Below are positions 29,197 through 38,965 of a stretch of DNA of 64,000 nt, one piece after another. Within the stretch, counting starts at the first letter, position 1. Every line of letters begins with the position of its first letter. The translations under genes and the position numbers were made by a program. The DNA comes from an uncultured delta proteobacterium. GTDB taxonomy: Bacteria; Desulfobacterota; Binatia; Binatales; Binataceae. The notes below the pieces were generated by a model. The model saw nothing but the letters and a program-made list of their open reading frames with translations. It was not told where the DNA came from and ran no database searches. The stretch is taken from NCBI GenBank assembly GCA_963794325.1, contig CAWCDG010000002.1:128001-192000 (forward strand), written 5' to 3'.

Positions 29197-30213
29197 ATGA
29201 AGATCATTGGCAGATTCCCGAAGATGCGCACGCGGCGAATCGTGATGGTCGCGTTTCCGGACGCGCAGATCATCGATATCACCGGCCCGCTCGAAGTGTT
29301 CGGGCGCGCCGCGCGATTGCTGAGCGATGAACGCGGCTGGCGCGTGCCGGCATACACGGTCGAAATTGCGGCAACGAAGGCGGGCCCGTTCGCAACTTCG
29401 TCCGGGATTCGGCTGATTGCGGATCGCTCGATAGGCGAAGTGCGCGGGCCGATCGACACGCTGCTGGTCGCCGGTGGTCGCGGAACCACCGATGCGATTC
29501 GCGATCGCGGGTTGATCGAATGGCTCCGGCGGAGCATCGGTCGCACCCGCCGCCTATGCTCGGTCTGCACGGGAGCATTCCTGATCGCGGAGGCCGGTCT
29601 GCTCGACGGACTTCGCGCGACGACCCATTGGCGGCAATGCGAGCAGCTCGCGACGCGCTATCCGGCCGTCACAGTCGAGACCGATCCGATATTCGTGCGC
29701 GCGGGAAAAATATTCACGTCGGCGGGCGTTACCGCGGGAATTGATCTGGCGCTGGCGTTGCTCGAGGACGATCACGGCCGCGACGTTGCGCTGGCGGTGG
29801 CGCGCGAGTTGGTCATGTTCCTACGGCGTCCGGGCGGGCAGTCGCAGTTTTCCGTGCAGCTCAGCGCGCAGCAGGCGGATCGCGAGCCTATCCGCGATTT
29901 GCAGCGATGGATTGCAGACCATCTTGGCGCCGAACTGTCGGTTGAAGCGCTGGCGCGGCGTACTGCGATGAGCCCGCGCAACTTCGCCCGTGTGTTCACG
30001 CGCGAAGTCGGAGTGACGCCCGGAGAATTCGTCGAGAACCTGCGCGTCGAAGCGGCGCGACGAAGACTCGAGGAATCGAGCGAAGGCGTCGATTCGATTG
30101 CATCAAAGTGCGGCTTCGGCACGCGCGAGTCGATGCGCCGCGCGTTCATCCGCACACTGCACGTGCCGCCGAGCGCATATCGAAACCGATTTCAACAAAA
30201 ACTCAGCGCCTGA
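29197..30213 (+). CDS. GlxA-family AraC transcriptional regulator
   Basis: DJ-1-like N domain (SVCTGAF, ATTHW, TSAGVTAGIDL); RRPGGQSQFS; C-terminal AraC HTH. Confidence 0.95.
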   Translation: MKIIGRFPKMRTRRIVMVAFPDAQIIDITGPLEVFGRAARLLSDERGWRVPAYTVEIAATKAGPFATSSGIRLIADRSIGEVRGPIDTLLVAGGRGTTDAIRDRGLIEWLRRSIGRTRRLCSVCTGAFLIAEAGLLDGLRATTHWRQCEQLATRYPAVTVETDPIFVRAGKIFTSAGVTAGIDLALALLEDDHGRDVALAVARELVMFLRRPGGQSQFSVQLSAQQADREPIRDLQRWIADHLGAELSVEALARRTAMSPRNFARVFTREVGVTPGEFVENLRVEAARRRLEESSEGVDSIASKCGFGTRESMRRAFIRTLHVPPSAYRNRFQQKLSA

Positions 30214-30230
30214 CGAAAAAGGAGAACGCC

Positions 30231-30875
30231 ATGCGAATTGCCTTTCTGATTTTCGACGAGCTGACCACGCTCGATGCGATCGGACCGTTCGAAGTGCTGT
30301 GCCGAATTCCGGGCGCCGAGGTGATGTTCGTCGGCGAGACCGCGGGTATCAAGCGCGCCGATCCGAAATCGCTCGGCATCGTCGCGGACTATTCAATCGC
30401 CGACGTGACCAGCGCGGACATACTGGTATTGCCAGGAGGACGCGGCGAAGCGCAGGTGCGCGAAAAACCGCACATGCTCGAGTGGGTGCGACAAATCGAC
30501 GCGACTACGCAATGGACGACGTCGGTCTGCACGGGAGCGCTGGTGCTTGGCGCGGCCGGCCTGCTCAAAGGACGGCCCGCGACGACGCATTGGGCGCGAC
30601 TCGAGAAGTTGCGCGAGTTCGGCGCGGAGCCGCGTTCACAGCGCGTCGTCGAGGACGGAAAAATGATTACAGCGGCCGGAGTATCCGCGGGAATCGACAT
30701 GGCGCTGCATCTGGTCCGTCGCGTCGCAGGCGATACGATCGCGCAGGCGATCCAGGTGGGCATCGAATACGATCCGCAGCCGCCCTTCGACGGAAACGCG
30801 GGCCGCGCGCCCGCGCACGTGATGGAGGTTTTGCGCCCGCGGTATCAGCGGCCAGCGGTGAAAACCGCTACTTAA
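30231..30875 (+). CDS. DJ-1/PfpI family protein (isonitrile hydratase-like)
   Basis: AAGGAG RBS; LDAIGP, SVCTG, GVSAGID, EYDPQPPF. Confidence 0.92.
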   Translation: MRIAFLIFDELTTLDAIGPFEVLCRIPGAEVMFVGETAGIKRADPKSLGIVADYSIADVTSADILVLPGGRGEAQVREKPHMLEWVRQIDATTQWTTSVCTGALVLGAAGLLKGRPATTHWARLEKLREFGAEPRSQRVVEDGKMITAAGVSAGIDMALHLVRRVAGDTIAQAIQVGIEYDPQPPFDGNAGRAPAHVMEVLRPRYQRPAVKTAT

Positions 30876-30877
30876 TT

Positions 30878-30979
30878 AATGTGAAACCCGCGGTGGGTTT
30901 CACGCTTCCTTCGGCAGGGGTGACCCCTGCACCCAGTGAGAATCGCGAAATGTTGAGGACAACCTTTCGCTCTCAGGGG
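30878..30979 (+). repeat. Family-A structured repeat
   Basis: AATGTGAAACCC..GGGTTTCACGCTTCCTTCGGCAGGGGTGACCCCTGCACCCAGTGA plus AGGA-loop hairpin. Confidence 0.9.
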
Positions 30980-30989
30980 ATTGATTTTG

Positions 30990-31065
30990 GTGGCACAGGC
31001 TTTAGCCTGTGATTTTCTGGTCCATGCATATCCAGGGAAGAATCACAGGCTGAAGCCTGTGCCAC
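30990..31065. repeat. GTGG-type REP inverted pair (REPIN), family C
   Basis: GTGGCACAGGCTTTAGCCTGTG...CACAGGCTGAAGCCTGTGCCAC. Confidence 0.88.
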
Positions 31066-31222
31066 GTGTGGATCGGAGAGCCGCGGGCGGGGCCGCCCGC
31101 GCCACAAAATTCAACCGCCGCTAAATCCCTGAAAATGGCGCGAGCCGCAGTGCCCGCTGCACCCAACGTCTATGGCGGTTCGAGTCGAGGCGGACTAGTT
31201 ACAATGTCGGAGGCCGCTGCCG

Positions 31223-32173
31223 ATGACAGAGCATTTCACAAACCGCATCGACGTTCATTTTCATTATCTGAGCCCAACGTATCGCGAGCAGATGATCGAC
31301 GCGGTCGGCGGTTCGCCGGATGGGTTTGCGGCGCCGCAATGGAGCGTCGAGACCACGCTCGCGATGATGGATCGGATGAACATCGCGACCGGGATGTTAT
31401 CGGTGTCTTCTCCCGGAGTGCATTTCGGCAACGATGCGAAGGCGCGCGTGCTCGCTCGATCGGTCAACGAGTTTGCGGCGCGTACGATGGGAGAGCATCG
31501 CGGCCGCTTTGGCGGCTTCGCGAGCCTGCCGCTTCCTGACGTTGATGGTGCGCTCGAAGAGATCGCCTATGCGCTGGATACGCTCAAGCTCGACGGCATC
31601 GTCATGCTGACCAACTTCAATGGCGTGTACCTCGGCGACAAGCGGCTCGATCCGGTGTTCGATGAACTCAACCGGCGCGGCGCGGTCGTCTTCATTCATC
31701 CGACCTCGCCGATATGCTGGCAGCAGAGCGCACTCGGATATCCGCGCCCGATGATCGAGTTCACCTTCGACAGCACGCGGGCGGTGGTCAATCTGATTTT
31801 CAGTGGCACGACGACGCACTGTCCAAAAGTTCGTTTCATCGTGCCGCACGCGGGCGGCACTCTACCGTTCCTGGCGCGTCGAATCGGGATGTTCGGCAGG
31901 GGTGTGGCCGGTGGCACTCCGGTCCCCGCGGAAGAGCATCTGCGCAAGATGTATTACGATCTCGCAGGCTCGCCCGGCTCGAACGCAATCGGGCCGCTAC
32001 TCGAGATGACCGAACGGTCGCATATTCTGTACGGCAGCGACTACGTCCACACGCCGGAAGCGATCGTGTCGGCGCATCTGGCGGAATTGTTGAGCAGTAA
32101 GTTGCTGTCTCCTGAGGACTTCCGCGCGATCGCGCGGGGAAATGCGCTCGCGTTGTTCCCGCGGCTTGGGTGA
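31223..32173 (+). CDS. Amidohydrolase_2 family protein (possible decarboxylase)
   Basis: IDVHFH, VFIHP, HAGGTLP, GSDY. Confidence 0.9.
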   Translation: MTEHFTNRIDVHFHYLSPTYREQMIDAVGGSPDGFAAPQWSVETTLAMMDRMNIATGMLSVSSPGVHFGNDAKARVLARSVNEFAARTMGEHRGRFGGFASLPLPDVDGALEEIAYALDTLKLDGIVMLTNFNGVYLGDKRLDPVFDELNRRGAVVFIHPTSPICWQQSALGYPRPMIEFTFDSTRAVVNLIFSGTTTHCPKVRFIVPHAGGTLPFLARRIGMFGRGVAGGTPVPAEEHLRKMYYDLAGSPGSNAIGPLLEMTERSHILYGSDYVHTPEAIVSAHLAELLSSKLLSPEDFRAIARGNALALFPRLG

Positions 32174-32180
32174 TGCTCTC

Positions 32181-32418
32181 ATCCTAACCTCTCCTTGTCC
32201 GAGGAGAGGTCGGCGAAAGCGGCGAAGCGGTGTCGCCGGGAGTGGTGCAACGCGCGACAGCCCACCAACTTCGGCTCGTTTAATCTCGACGCAGAGACAC
32301 TAGTTCGCCGCTCGACAGCAGCACAACAAAAGCTTTACGTTACGGCCCGCTTTGCACCACTCCCGTCGCTCGCCTTCGGCTCGCGCCGACCTCTCCTCGG
32401 ACAAGGAGAGGTTAGGAT
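32181..32418. mobile_element. Family-D MITE-like element, 238 bp, 35-bp perfect terminal inverted repeats
   Basis: ATCCTAACCTCTCCTTGTCCGAGGAGAGGTCGGCG and its reverse complement; inner IR CGGGAGTGGTGCAA/TTGCACCACTCCCG. Confidence 0.88.
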
Positions 32419-32442
32419 CGCGGCCCGCGCGTGCGGCGATTG

Positions 32443-34194
32443 CTACTTCCTTATGAAAGAGAAGTGATCCTCCATCTGCGCGTGGACGTTGGTCAGGTGG
32501 GTGCAGTACTGGAAGAAGCCGCCGTTGTAGTTGCCGTCCTGGCGGCGCTGGAACTCGCCTTCGAAGTTGTAATAGCCGGGGGTGCATTCCTGATTGCGAT
32601 TGGTCTTGCCGCGATGCTTGATGACCTCATTCACCCACCATTCCTCGGCGTCCGGCTTTGCGTCGATGGCCTGGATGCCGTGGCGGCGCGCGTACTCGAT
32701 GCACGCGGCGATGTGATCGCCCTGCGCTTGCAGCATGTCAGTGAGGTTGAATTGGAATGACGCCTGATAGCCGCCCATGATGAACAGGTTCGGATAGCCC
32801 TGTGAGTGGATTCCTAACAGCGTGCGGATACCCTCGCGATACTTATCATTGAGCTCGAGGCCCTGATCGCCTTTGATCTGGTTGTAGATGCCGGTCTTCT
32901 GCACTTCGAAGCCGGTGGCATAGATGAGCACGTCGAGCTCGTACTGCTTGCCCTCGAATACCGGACCTTTCTCAGTGATCTCGGTGATGCCTTTGCCGTG
33001 GGTATCGACCAGGTGAACGTTGGGGCGGTTGAAGGTCGGCAGGTAGTCGTTGTGAAAGCACGGACGCTTGCACAGCAGCATGTACCACGGCTTGAGCGCG
33101 TCGGCGGTCGCCTTGTCCTTGACGATCGAATCGATGCGCTGATGGATCTTCATCATCGCCTCGATGTTGGCGTTCTCCTGCCGGCGGACTTTTTCCTCGG
33201 CGGACATCGCGGCATACTTCGCCGTTTGATCCGGGGTCATGAAGGGCTGCATCTTGGCGCGTTCGCGGCGCTTCGATTGCCATCCGGGCTTAAGTCTGCG
33301 CGCCCAGTTGGGATCGGTCGGCCAATCGTCGCGAACATCAATAGATGAGGGCGTGCGCTGGAAGACGTATAGCTCTTTGGCCGCCGCGCCCAGGCCGGGA
33401 ATCGCCTGGACCGCCGTCGCTCCGGTGCCAATGATGCCTACGACTTTGCCCTCGAGGCCCGAGAGGTCCGGCTTGGTGTAGGCATAGTCCCATCGCGAGG
33501 TATGAAAGGAATGTCCCTTGAACGTTTCGAGGCCTTTGATCTTCGCGAGCTTCGGCTTGGACAGAGTGCCGTTGGCGCAGATGACGAAGCGCGCCTTCAT
33601 ATGATCGCCGCGGTCGGTGGTGAGATTCCACATCTGCTCGATAGGATCCCATTCAGTCGAAGTGACCGTAGTCTGAAAGGTTGCCAGCTCGTAGAGGTTG
33701 TACTTTCTCGCGATCGCCTGACAATGCGCGAAAATCTCGGGGCCCTTGGCGTAGTGGTCCTTGGGGACGTAGTCCAACTCATCGAGCAGGGGCAGGTAGT
33801 CATACGCGACGACGTCGCATGCGACGCCGGGGTATCGATTCCAGTACCAGGTGCCGCCGACATCGGCGCCGCGCTCGACGATTCGAATACTCTCGACGCC
33901 ATGCTCGCGCAGCCGCGCCGATGTCAGCAGCGCCGAGAATCCTCCGCCGATAAAAAGGACCTCGACGGTATCGTTGATGGGATCGCGCGGCGTGACTTCG
34001 CCGGCATACGGGTCAACTTCGTACCGTGACAGTTTCCCCGAAAGGTCGGAGGTGTATTGCGCGGTGCCTTCGGGACGGTAGCTCAGCCGCAGATCGCGTT
34101 CCTCGGCAAACTTCCGCTTGACGCTATCGTAGAACTCTTGCGAGTGGGTCGGCTTCGCGACCATCCCAATCGGCTTCTCCGTCGATTCAGCCAT
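32443..34194 (-). CDS. Baeyer-Villiger-type flavin monooxygenase
   Basis: GGGFSA, GGTWYWNRYPG, FKGHSFHTSRW fingerprint, GTGATA, ATGF. Confidence 0.95.
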   Translation of the reverse strand: MAESTEKPIGMVAKPTHSQEFYDSVKRKFAEERDLRLSYRPEGTAQYTSDLSGKLSRYEVDPYAGEVTPRDPINDTVEVLFIGGGFSALLTSARLREHGVESIRIVERGADVGGTWYWNRYPGVACDVVAYDYLPLLDELDYVPKDHYAKGPEIFAHCQAIARKYNLYELATFQTTVTSTEWDPIEQMWNLTTDRGDHMKARFVICANGTLSKPKLAKIKGLETFKGHSFHTSRWDYAYTKPDLSGLEGKVVGIIGTGATAVQAIPGLGAAAKELYVFQRTPSSIDVRDDWPTDPNWARRLKPGWQSKRRERAKMQPFMTPDQTAKYAAMSAEEKVRRQENANIEAMMKIHQRIDSIVKDKATADALKPWYMLLCKRPCFHNDYLPTFNRPNVHLVDTHGKGITEITEKGPVFEGKQYELDVLIYATGFEVQKTGIYNQIKGDQGLELNDKYREGIRTLLGIHSQGYPNLFIMGGYQASFQFNLTDMLQAQGDHIAACIEYARRHGIQAIDAKPDAEEWWVNEVIKHRGKTNRNQECTPGYYNFEGEFQRRQDGNYNGGFFQYCTHLTNVHAQMEDHFSFIRK

Positions 34195-34206
34195 GTGTTT
34201 TTTCTC

Positions 34207-34233
34207 CGGCAGGGGTGACCGCTGCACCCTGTA
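34207..34233 (+). repeat. Family-A core remnant
   Basis: CGGCAGGGGTGACCGCTGCACCCTGT. Confidence 0.6.
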
Positions 34234-34299
34234 TTAAGTCTGGATCGATTTTAATTTGACATCGTCGGTATTCGCCTTGACGGGGGCCGAGTCCTAGCG

Positions 34300-35964
34300 T
34301 CATCTCGAACCGTCGGTCTTCACGCTAATCGAGGAAGCGCCGGCACAGAGCCCGGCGCCCGAGGCAGCCACGATCCCCGCGGCGCCCGTATCGACCTCGA
34401 GCGGCGCGTTGTTCGTGATCACATTAGCGTTGAGCCTGACCTGGTTGCCCGCCCTGAGGACGAGGCGTGTGCCTGGTTTTCCACCTCGGCCATCGATGGC
34501 CGCATCGACCTCGAGGTCGTGAGCAGCCCGCAGGATTAGCTCGCGGCTATTCCCGGCCAACATTTGCGCCCTTACTGCGTTGGCCATCGACGGAGTTATC
34601 GTAAAGTCATATGGATCCAGAAGGAGGGTGCCCGCGACCCCGTTGACGGCGCTCAGATCGACGGTCCCGGCCAAGCTTAGCGTCCCGCCCGAGATCTCAG
34701 CGAAGCCGCCATTGCCCGATTGGCTGCCGCCGCGTGCGCTGATACTCCCCGCCATGCTGGTCGCGTCCTGCGACAAAACTGTCACGATGCCTCCGTTACC
34801 GGCGGTCAGCGCGTCGGCGATGATCTGGCTCCCCTGCGCGACGGTCGTGGTGTTCGCCACCGGCTCGCCGCCTACCGACGGGCCGCCTTTTGCGCGCTTC
34901 AGGGTGGTTCCGATCGCTGAGATTCCGCCGCCAGCGCCGCCCGCCAAATCGATCAGCCCCCCGGCGGCAAGCTCGGTCGAATTCCCCAGGACCTCGACGT
35001 CGCCGCCATACTCACCCGTTTTCACCCCCGAGGCATCGAGCGTCCCTGAGACGATCGCGGGACCCGGGCCTGCATCGACGACGATCTCCCCCGGTTGAAG
35101 ATTTGCGGTTCTCGCCTGCGTCACCCCGCTCACGTCAATCGAACTGCTGACGATCGGCTGCGCGGTGCTCGCGGCCAGCAGCACGATGCCGCCTCTGGCC
35201 CGGATCGCGCCGCTGTTCGAGACGAGGCTGCCGAGCGGCTCACCCTCGGGGTCCACGAGGCTCGGCGCAACAAAGTTGTCGTCGACCAGCTGAATCAGCG
35301 GGTTGCCGTTAGGATAGAGCGTAAAGGCATCTGCCGAGCCGAGCGCGACGCTGCCCAGCGGCGCCTGGATCACCCCTGAGTTCTCCACCCCGGGCGCCAC
35401 GAAGGCGAGCAGCCCGCCCTTGGCGACGCTGATCTCGCCGAGGTTCACGATGGTCGCCCCGAGGTTACTCCCCGCGCTGAAGGCCAGGTTGCCGCCGGCC
35501 ATGAAATTCTCGCTCGAGATCGTGGCAGTCGTCGTGACGAGCCCGCCCACCATCACCTTGGTCTTTTCTCCGTACAGCACGCCGTTGAGATTGACCGTAA
35601 AGACCTGCCCGTTGGCCGTCAGCCGTCCGAGGATGATTGACGGATTCGTCCCGCCTACCAGGTTGAGCACGGCCGCGCCCGCTGAAGGGCCGCTGAAGTT
35701 CACCGTCTCGTTCGCCCCGATCGCGAAACTCTGCCAATTGATAACCGCTTGGGGCGTGGTCTGGACAACGTTAAGCATGTGAGGTCCGCGATACATTATT
35801 TTGGCTGTCCCGGCTTGTACGACCCCGTCCTGAGGAAGGGCCCACGCGGGGCTCGCGCCAAGGACGGCTGCAGCGGCGATTGCAAACGCAACGGCCCGCG
35901 ATGTGACCTGCGGTGCCCCGGCCCGAAATCGCTGCCTGGGTTTCCCTGTTGCACGCACGACCAT
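34300..35964 (-). CDS. Filamentous haemagglutinin N-terminal (TPS) domain protein
   Basis: Signal peptide ending AWA-LP; INWQSF.IG..ETV.F; G.L.ANGQVF; GNGGFAEISG; GTLLLDP. Confidence 0.85.
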   Translation of the reverse strand: MVVRATGKPRQRFRAGAPQVTSRAVAFAIAAAAVLGASPAWALPQDGVVQAGTAKIMYRGPHMLNVVQTTPQAVINWQSFAIGANETVNFSGPSAGAAVLNLVGGTNPSIILGRLTANGQVFTVNLNGVLYGEKTKVMVGGLVTTTATISSENFMAGGNLAFSAGSNLGATIVNLGEISVAKGGLLAFVAPGVENSGVIQAPLGSVALGSADAFTLYPNGNPLIQLVDDNFVAPSLVDPEGEPLGSLVSNSGAIRARGGIVLLAASTAQPIVSSSIDVSGVTQARTANLQPGEIVVDAGPGPAIVSGTLDASGVKTGEYGGDVEVLGNSTELAAGGLIDLAGGAGGGISAIGTTLKRAKGGPSVGGEPVANTTTVAQGSQIIADALTAGNGGIVTVLSQDATSMAGSISARGGSQSGNGGFAEISGGTLSLAGTVDLSAVNGVAGTLLLDPYDFTITPSMANAVRAQMLAGNSRELILRAAHDLEVDAAIDGRGGKPGTRLVLRAGNQVRLNANVITNNAPLEVDTGAAGIVAASGAGLCAGASSISVKTDGSR

Positions 35965-35998
35965 GATCTTCCTCCCGGCCCTAACTTAAGAGCTTGCG

Positions 35999-36952
35999 CT
36001 ATAGCGGGAAGCGCTCGTTGACCATCTCCTCGCTCTTTTTCCAGAGGTCGTTGGCGTGGGCGAGGTTCAATGCGTATGAGCGCACGCCGACGCGCGATGT
36101 CGTGTCGTCATTCACTTCGCATACGTGGCAGTCCTCGCAATAGTGGCCGCCGACCGCGTCGGCCGAGCCGACGAAACCGCTCCACACTGAAGTCGCCGAT
36201 CCTTGCGGCACGCTTTTGAACCGGAACCCCGGCGCCTGACCTGGCTTTGCAGCTTTGTTAATCCGCGCCATCATCTGCTCGACAAGTTCCGGCGTCATGT
36301 GGCGCCCAAGCTCGGTCTGGATTCCGCCGGGATGGATCGAGGTCGCGCGCACGCCGCGTCCCTTGAGGCGGCTGTCGAGCGCGACTGCATACAGAATGTT
36401 CGCGGTCTTCGAGCGGCCGTACGCGGTGAAGGCCTGATAAGGAGTGCGCTCGAAATTCGGATCCTCGATATCGACGTCGCTTATCTGATGACCGGCCGAA
36501 GAGAGCGTCACGACGCGCGCGCCCGATTTCAGAAGAGGCACGAGGCGGTTGACGAACACGAAATGGCCGAGGTGATTGGTGCCGAATTGCGTTTCGAAGC
36601 CGTCCTGGGTCTTGCCCTGCGGACACGCCATCACGCCGGCATTTGCGATGATCACGTCGAAGGGCTTGGCGCGCTTGAGTAATTCGTCCGCCGCTTTGCG
36701 CACGCTGGCGAGCGACGCGAGATCCATCTCGACAAGATCTACTGATGGGTTACCAGCTTGCGCCAGCGCATTGCGCGCCTTCGACAGATCGCGCGCCGTG
36801 CCGACGACATTGCCGCCATGCGCGACGACCGAGCGCGCAGTTTCAACGCCCAGCCCGGCGGAGACGCCGGTTACGAGTACGCGCTTGCCCGAAAGATTGA
36901 CGCCGTCGAGGACTTCATCAGCGGTCGATTCCGCTCCGAATGTTTTTGCCAT
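35999..36952 (-). CDS. Short-chain dehydrogenase/reductase (retinol-dehydrogenase-like)
   Basis: TGVSAGLG, NAGVM, TNHLGHF, YGRSK; GGAG RBS. Confidence 0.93.
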   Translation of the reverse strand: MAKTFGAESTADEVLDGVNLSGKRVLVTGVSAGLGVETARSVVAHGGNVVGTARDLSKARNALAQAGNPSVDLVEMDLASLASVRKAADELLKRAKPFDVIIANAGVMACPQGKTQDGFETQFGTNHLGHFVFVNRLVPLLKSGARVVTLSSAGHQISDVDIEDPNFERTPYQAFTAYGRSKTANILYAVALDSRLKGRGVRATSIHPGGIQTELGRHMTPELVEQMMARINKAAKPGQAPGFRFKSVPQGSATSVWSGFVGSADAVGGHYCEDCHVCEVNDDTTSRVGVRSYALNLAHANDLWKKSEEMVNERFPL

Positions 36953-37139
36953 TGTGTTTTCTCCGAATTCGATTCTTCGCTGCTCAGGATTGCACAAAAA
37001 GTGGCGGCGCGGGAAACGTGAACAATGCGAAGAATCTAACCCCTTTTTTTCAGTATTAAGGCCGCGCTCCGTTGTCGCGCGCGGATTACGCAAGAAGCTA
37101 AAACTGCTCCCAAAGATCGGGATTGAGGTTGAGCCAAAG

Positions 37140-37288
37140 AACCTGACCCCTAACCCCTTCCCATAGTGGGAAGGGGAACCGGATTATGGGGAGTAGCCTC
37201 TTCCCGAGCGGGAAGAGGAACCGGATTATTGGGGGCAACCTCTTCCTAAGAACGGGGACCGGATTTGGATGAGGGAAGGGGACAATCG
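37140..37288. repeat. Family-E element expanded into a short tandem array of ~41-bp hairpin units
   Basis: Three successive CC(C/T)CTTCC...GGAACCGGATT-like units. Confidence 0.75.
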
Positions 37289-37298
37289 AAAAAAAACT

Positions 37299-38965
37299 TC
37301 AAACGGATTTGCCTTTGCGCGATTCTTCCTGCTTCCGTAGCTCGACGCGGCGGATTTTTCCGCTGACTGTTTTGGGGAGCTCGTCGATGAATTCTATTTC
37401 GCGCGGGTATTTGTAGGGCGCCGTGATGCGCTTGCAGTGTTCCTGCAGCTCGGTGACCAGATGATCGCCGGGCTCGGTGCCGGGGCGGAGCTTTACGAAG
37501 GCTTTGACGATCGAGCCGCGATCCGCGTCAGGAGTCGCCACCACTGCGGACTCCATCACCGCGGGGTGCTCGAGCAGGGCGCTTTCGACTTCGAACGGGC
37601 CGATTCGGTAGCCCGCTGAGATGATTACGTCGTCGGCGCGGCCAACGAACCACAGATAGCCGTCGGCGTCGCGGGTCGCCTGATCGCCGGTCAGGTACCA
37701 ATCACCCTTGAACACGCCGGCGGTCTCTTCGGCGTTTTTCCAATATTCGAGAAACAGCGATGGGGGACGCTCCGGAGCTACGCGCAACGCTATCTCGCCG
37801 AGCTCGTCGACGTTGGTTTCGGCCAGGTCGTTGTTAATCACGCGGACGTCATGGCCGGGAAATGGCAGACCCATCGAGCCCGGCTTGACCGGCATCGCCG
37901 GGCATGTTCGCCGCCAGGATAGTCGTTTCGGTCTGTCCGTAGCCGTCGTGAATCGTGAGTCCCAGTTTCTCGCGCCAGACCTCGATCACTTCGGGATTGA
38001 GCGGCTCGCCGGCGCCGGTGCAATGCCTCAGTTTCGGAAATTCGTAACCCGCGAGGTCTTGCTTGATGATCATCCGATACTCAGTCGGCGGCGCGCAGAA
38101 AGTAGTGATGCCGTACCGTCCGAGCAGCTCGAGTTCTTTGGCCGGGTCGAAGCGGCCGTTGTACATGAAGGTCGTCACACCGTTCATCCACGGCCCGAAC
38201 AGCACGCCGTACGCCGCCTTGGCCCATCCGGTATCCGAGGTTGTCCAATGGACATCGCCGGGCCGCAAATCCAGCCAATTGAGTCCGGTGAACTTGTGGC
38301 TGTAGGTATAGCCGTGACTATGCAGGACGGCCTTAGGCTCGCGGGTCGTGCCGGAAGTGTAGTAGCAAATCGCGGGCTCCGACGACCTGGTAGCCGCGGG
38401 CTTGAACGATGCCGACGAGTGACCCATGTATTCCTGCAAGCTGATCCATCCGGTGCGCGCGGCGCCGCATATCAGGTAGTGCTCGATGCTGGGGCATTCC
38501 TTGCGCAGGTCGGCGACCATCGTGGCATTCTCGACGCATGCGATAATCGCGCGCGCGCCGGAGTGATTGGCGCGATAGACCAGATCTTTCTCGCGCAGCA
38601 TCGAGGTGCACGGGATTACGATCGCGCCGAGCCTCAGCGCGCCGACATAGGCGGCCTGCCACAGCGAGATTCGCGGAAGCACCAGCAGGACCGCGTCGCC
38701 GCGCTTGATTCCGTGACCCGCCAGCACGTTCGCGATGCGCTTCGACTGCGCCGCGATGTCGGCGAAGGTCAGCCGCGCACGCCGGCGCTCGCCGTCCTCC
38801 CACAGAATGGCGACGCGATGCGGATCTTCGGCGAACTTGTCGATCACGTCGGCGAAATTGAAATGTTCCGGCGTCTCCCATCGGAAGTCGCGATACTTGC
38901 GCCGATACAGATCGATGGCGTCGGAGTTGATTGGATCGGTCTTTATCTTCTTATCTATCAGTCAT
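37299..38965 (-). CDS. Medium-chain acyl-CoA synthetase (AMP-binding); +1 frameshifts near 38956 and 37896
   Basis: YTSGTT, SDTGWAK, GYGQTET, GRADD, LPKTVSGK; ATG 38965 overlaps the upstream TGA; removing two single bases gives one ORF MTDDKKIKTDP... Confidence 0.88.

Noticed and set aside
37140-37288. Possible CRISPR array
   Set aside because: Only about three degenerate units, no unique 30-40 bp spacers, no cas genes in the window
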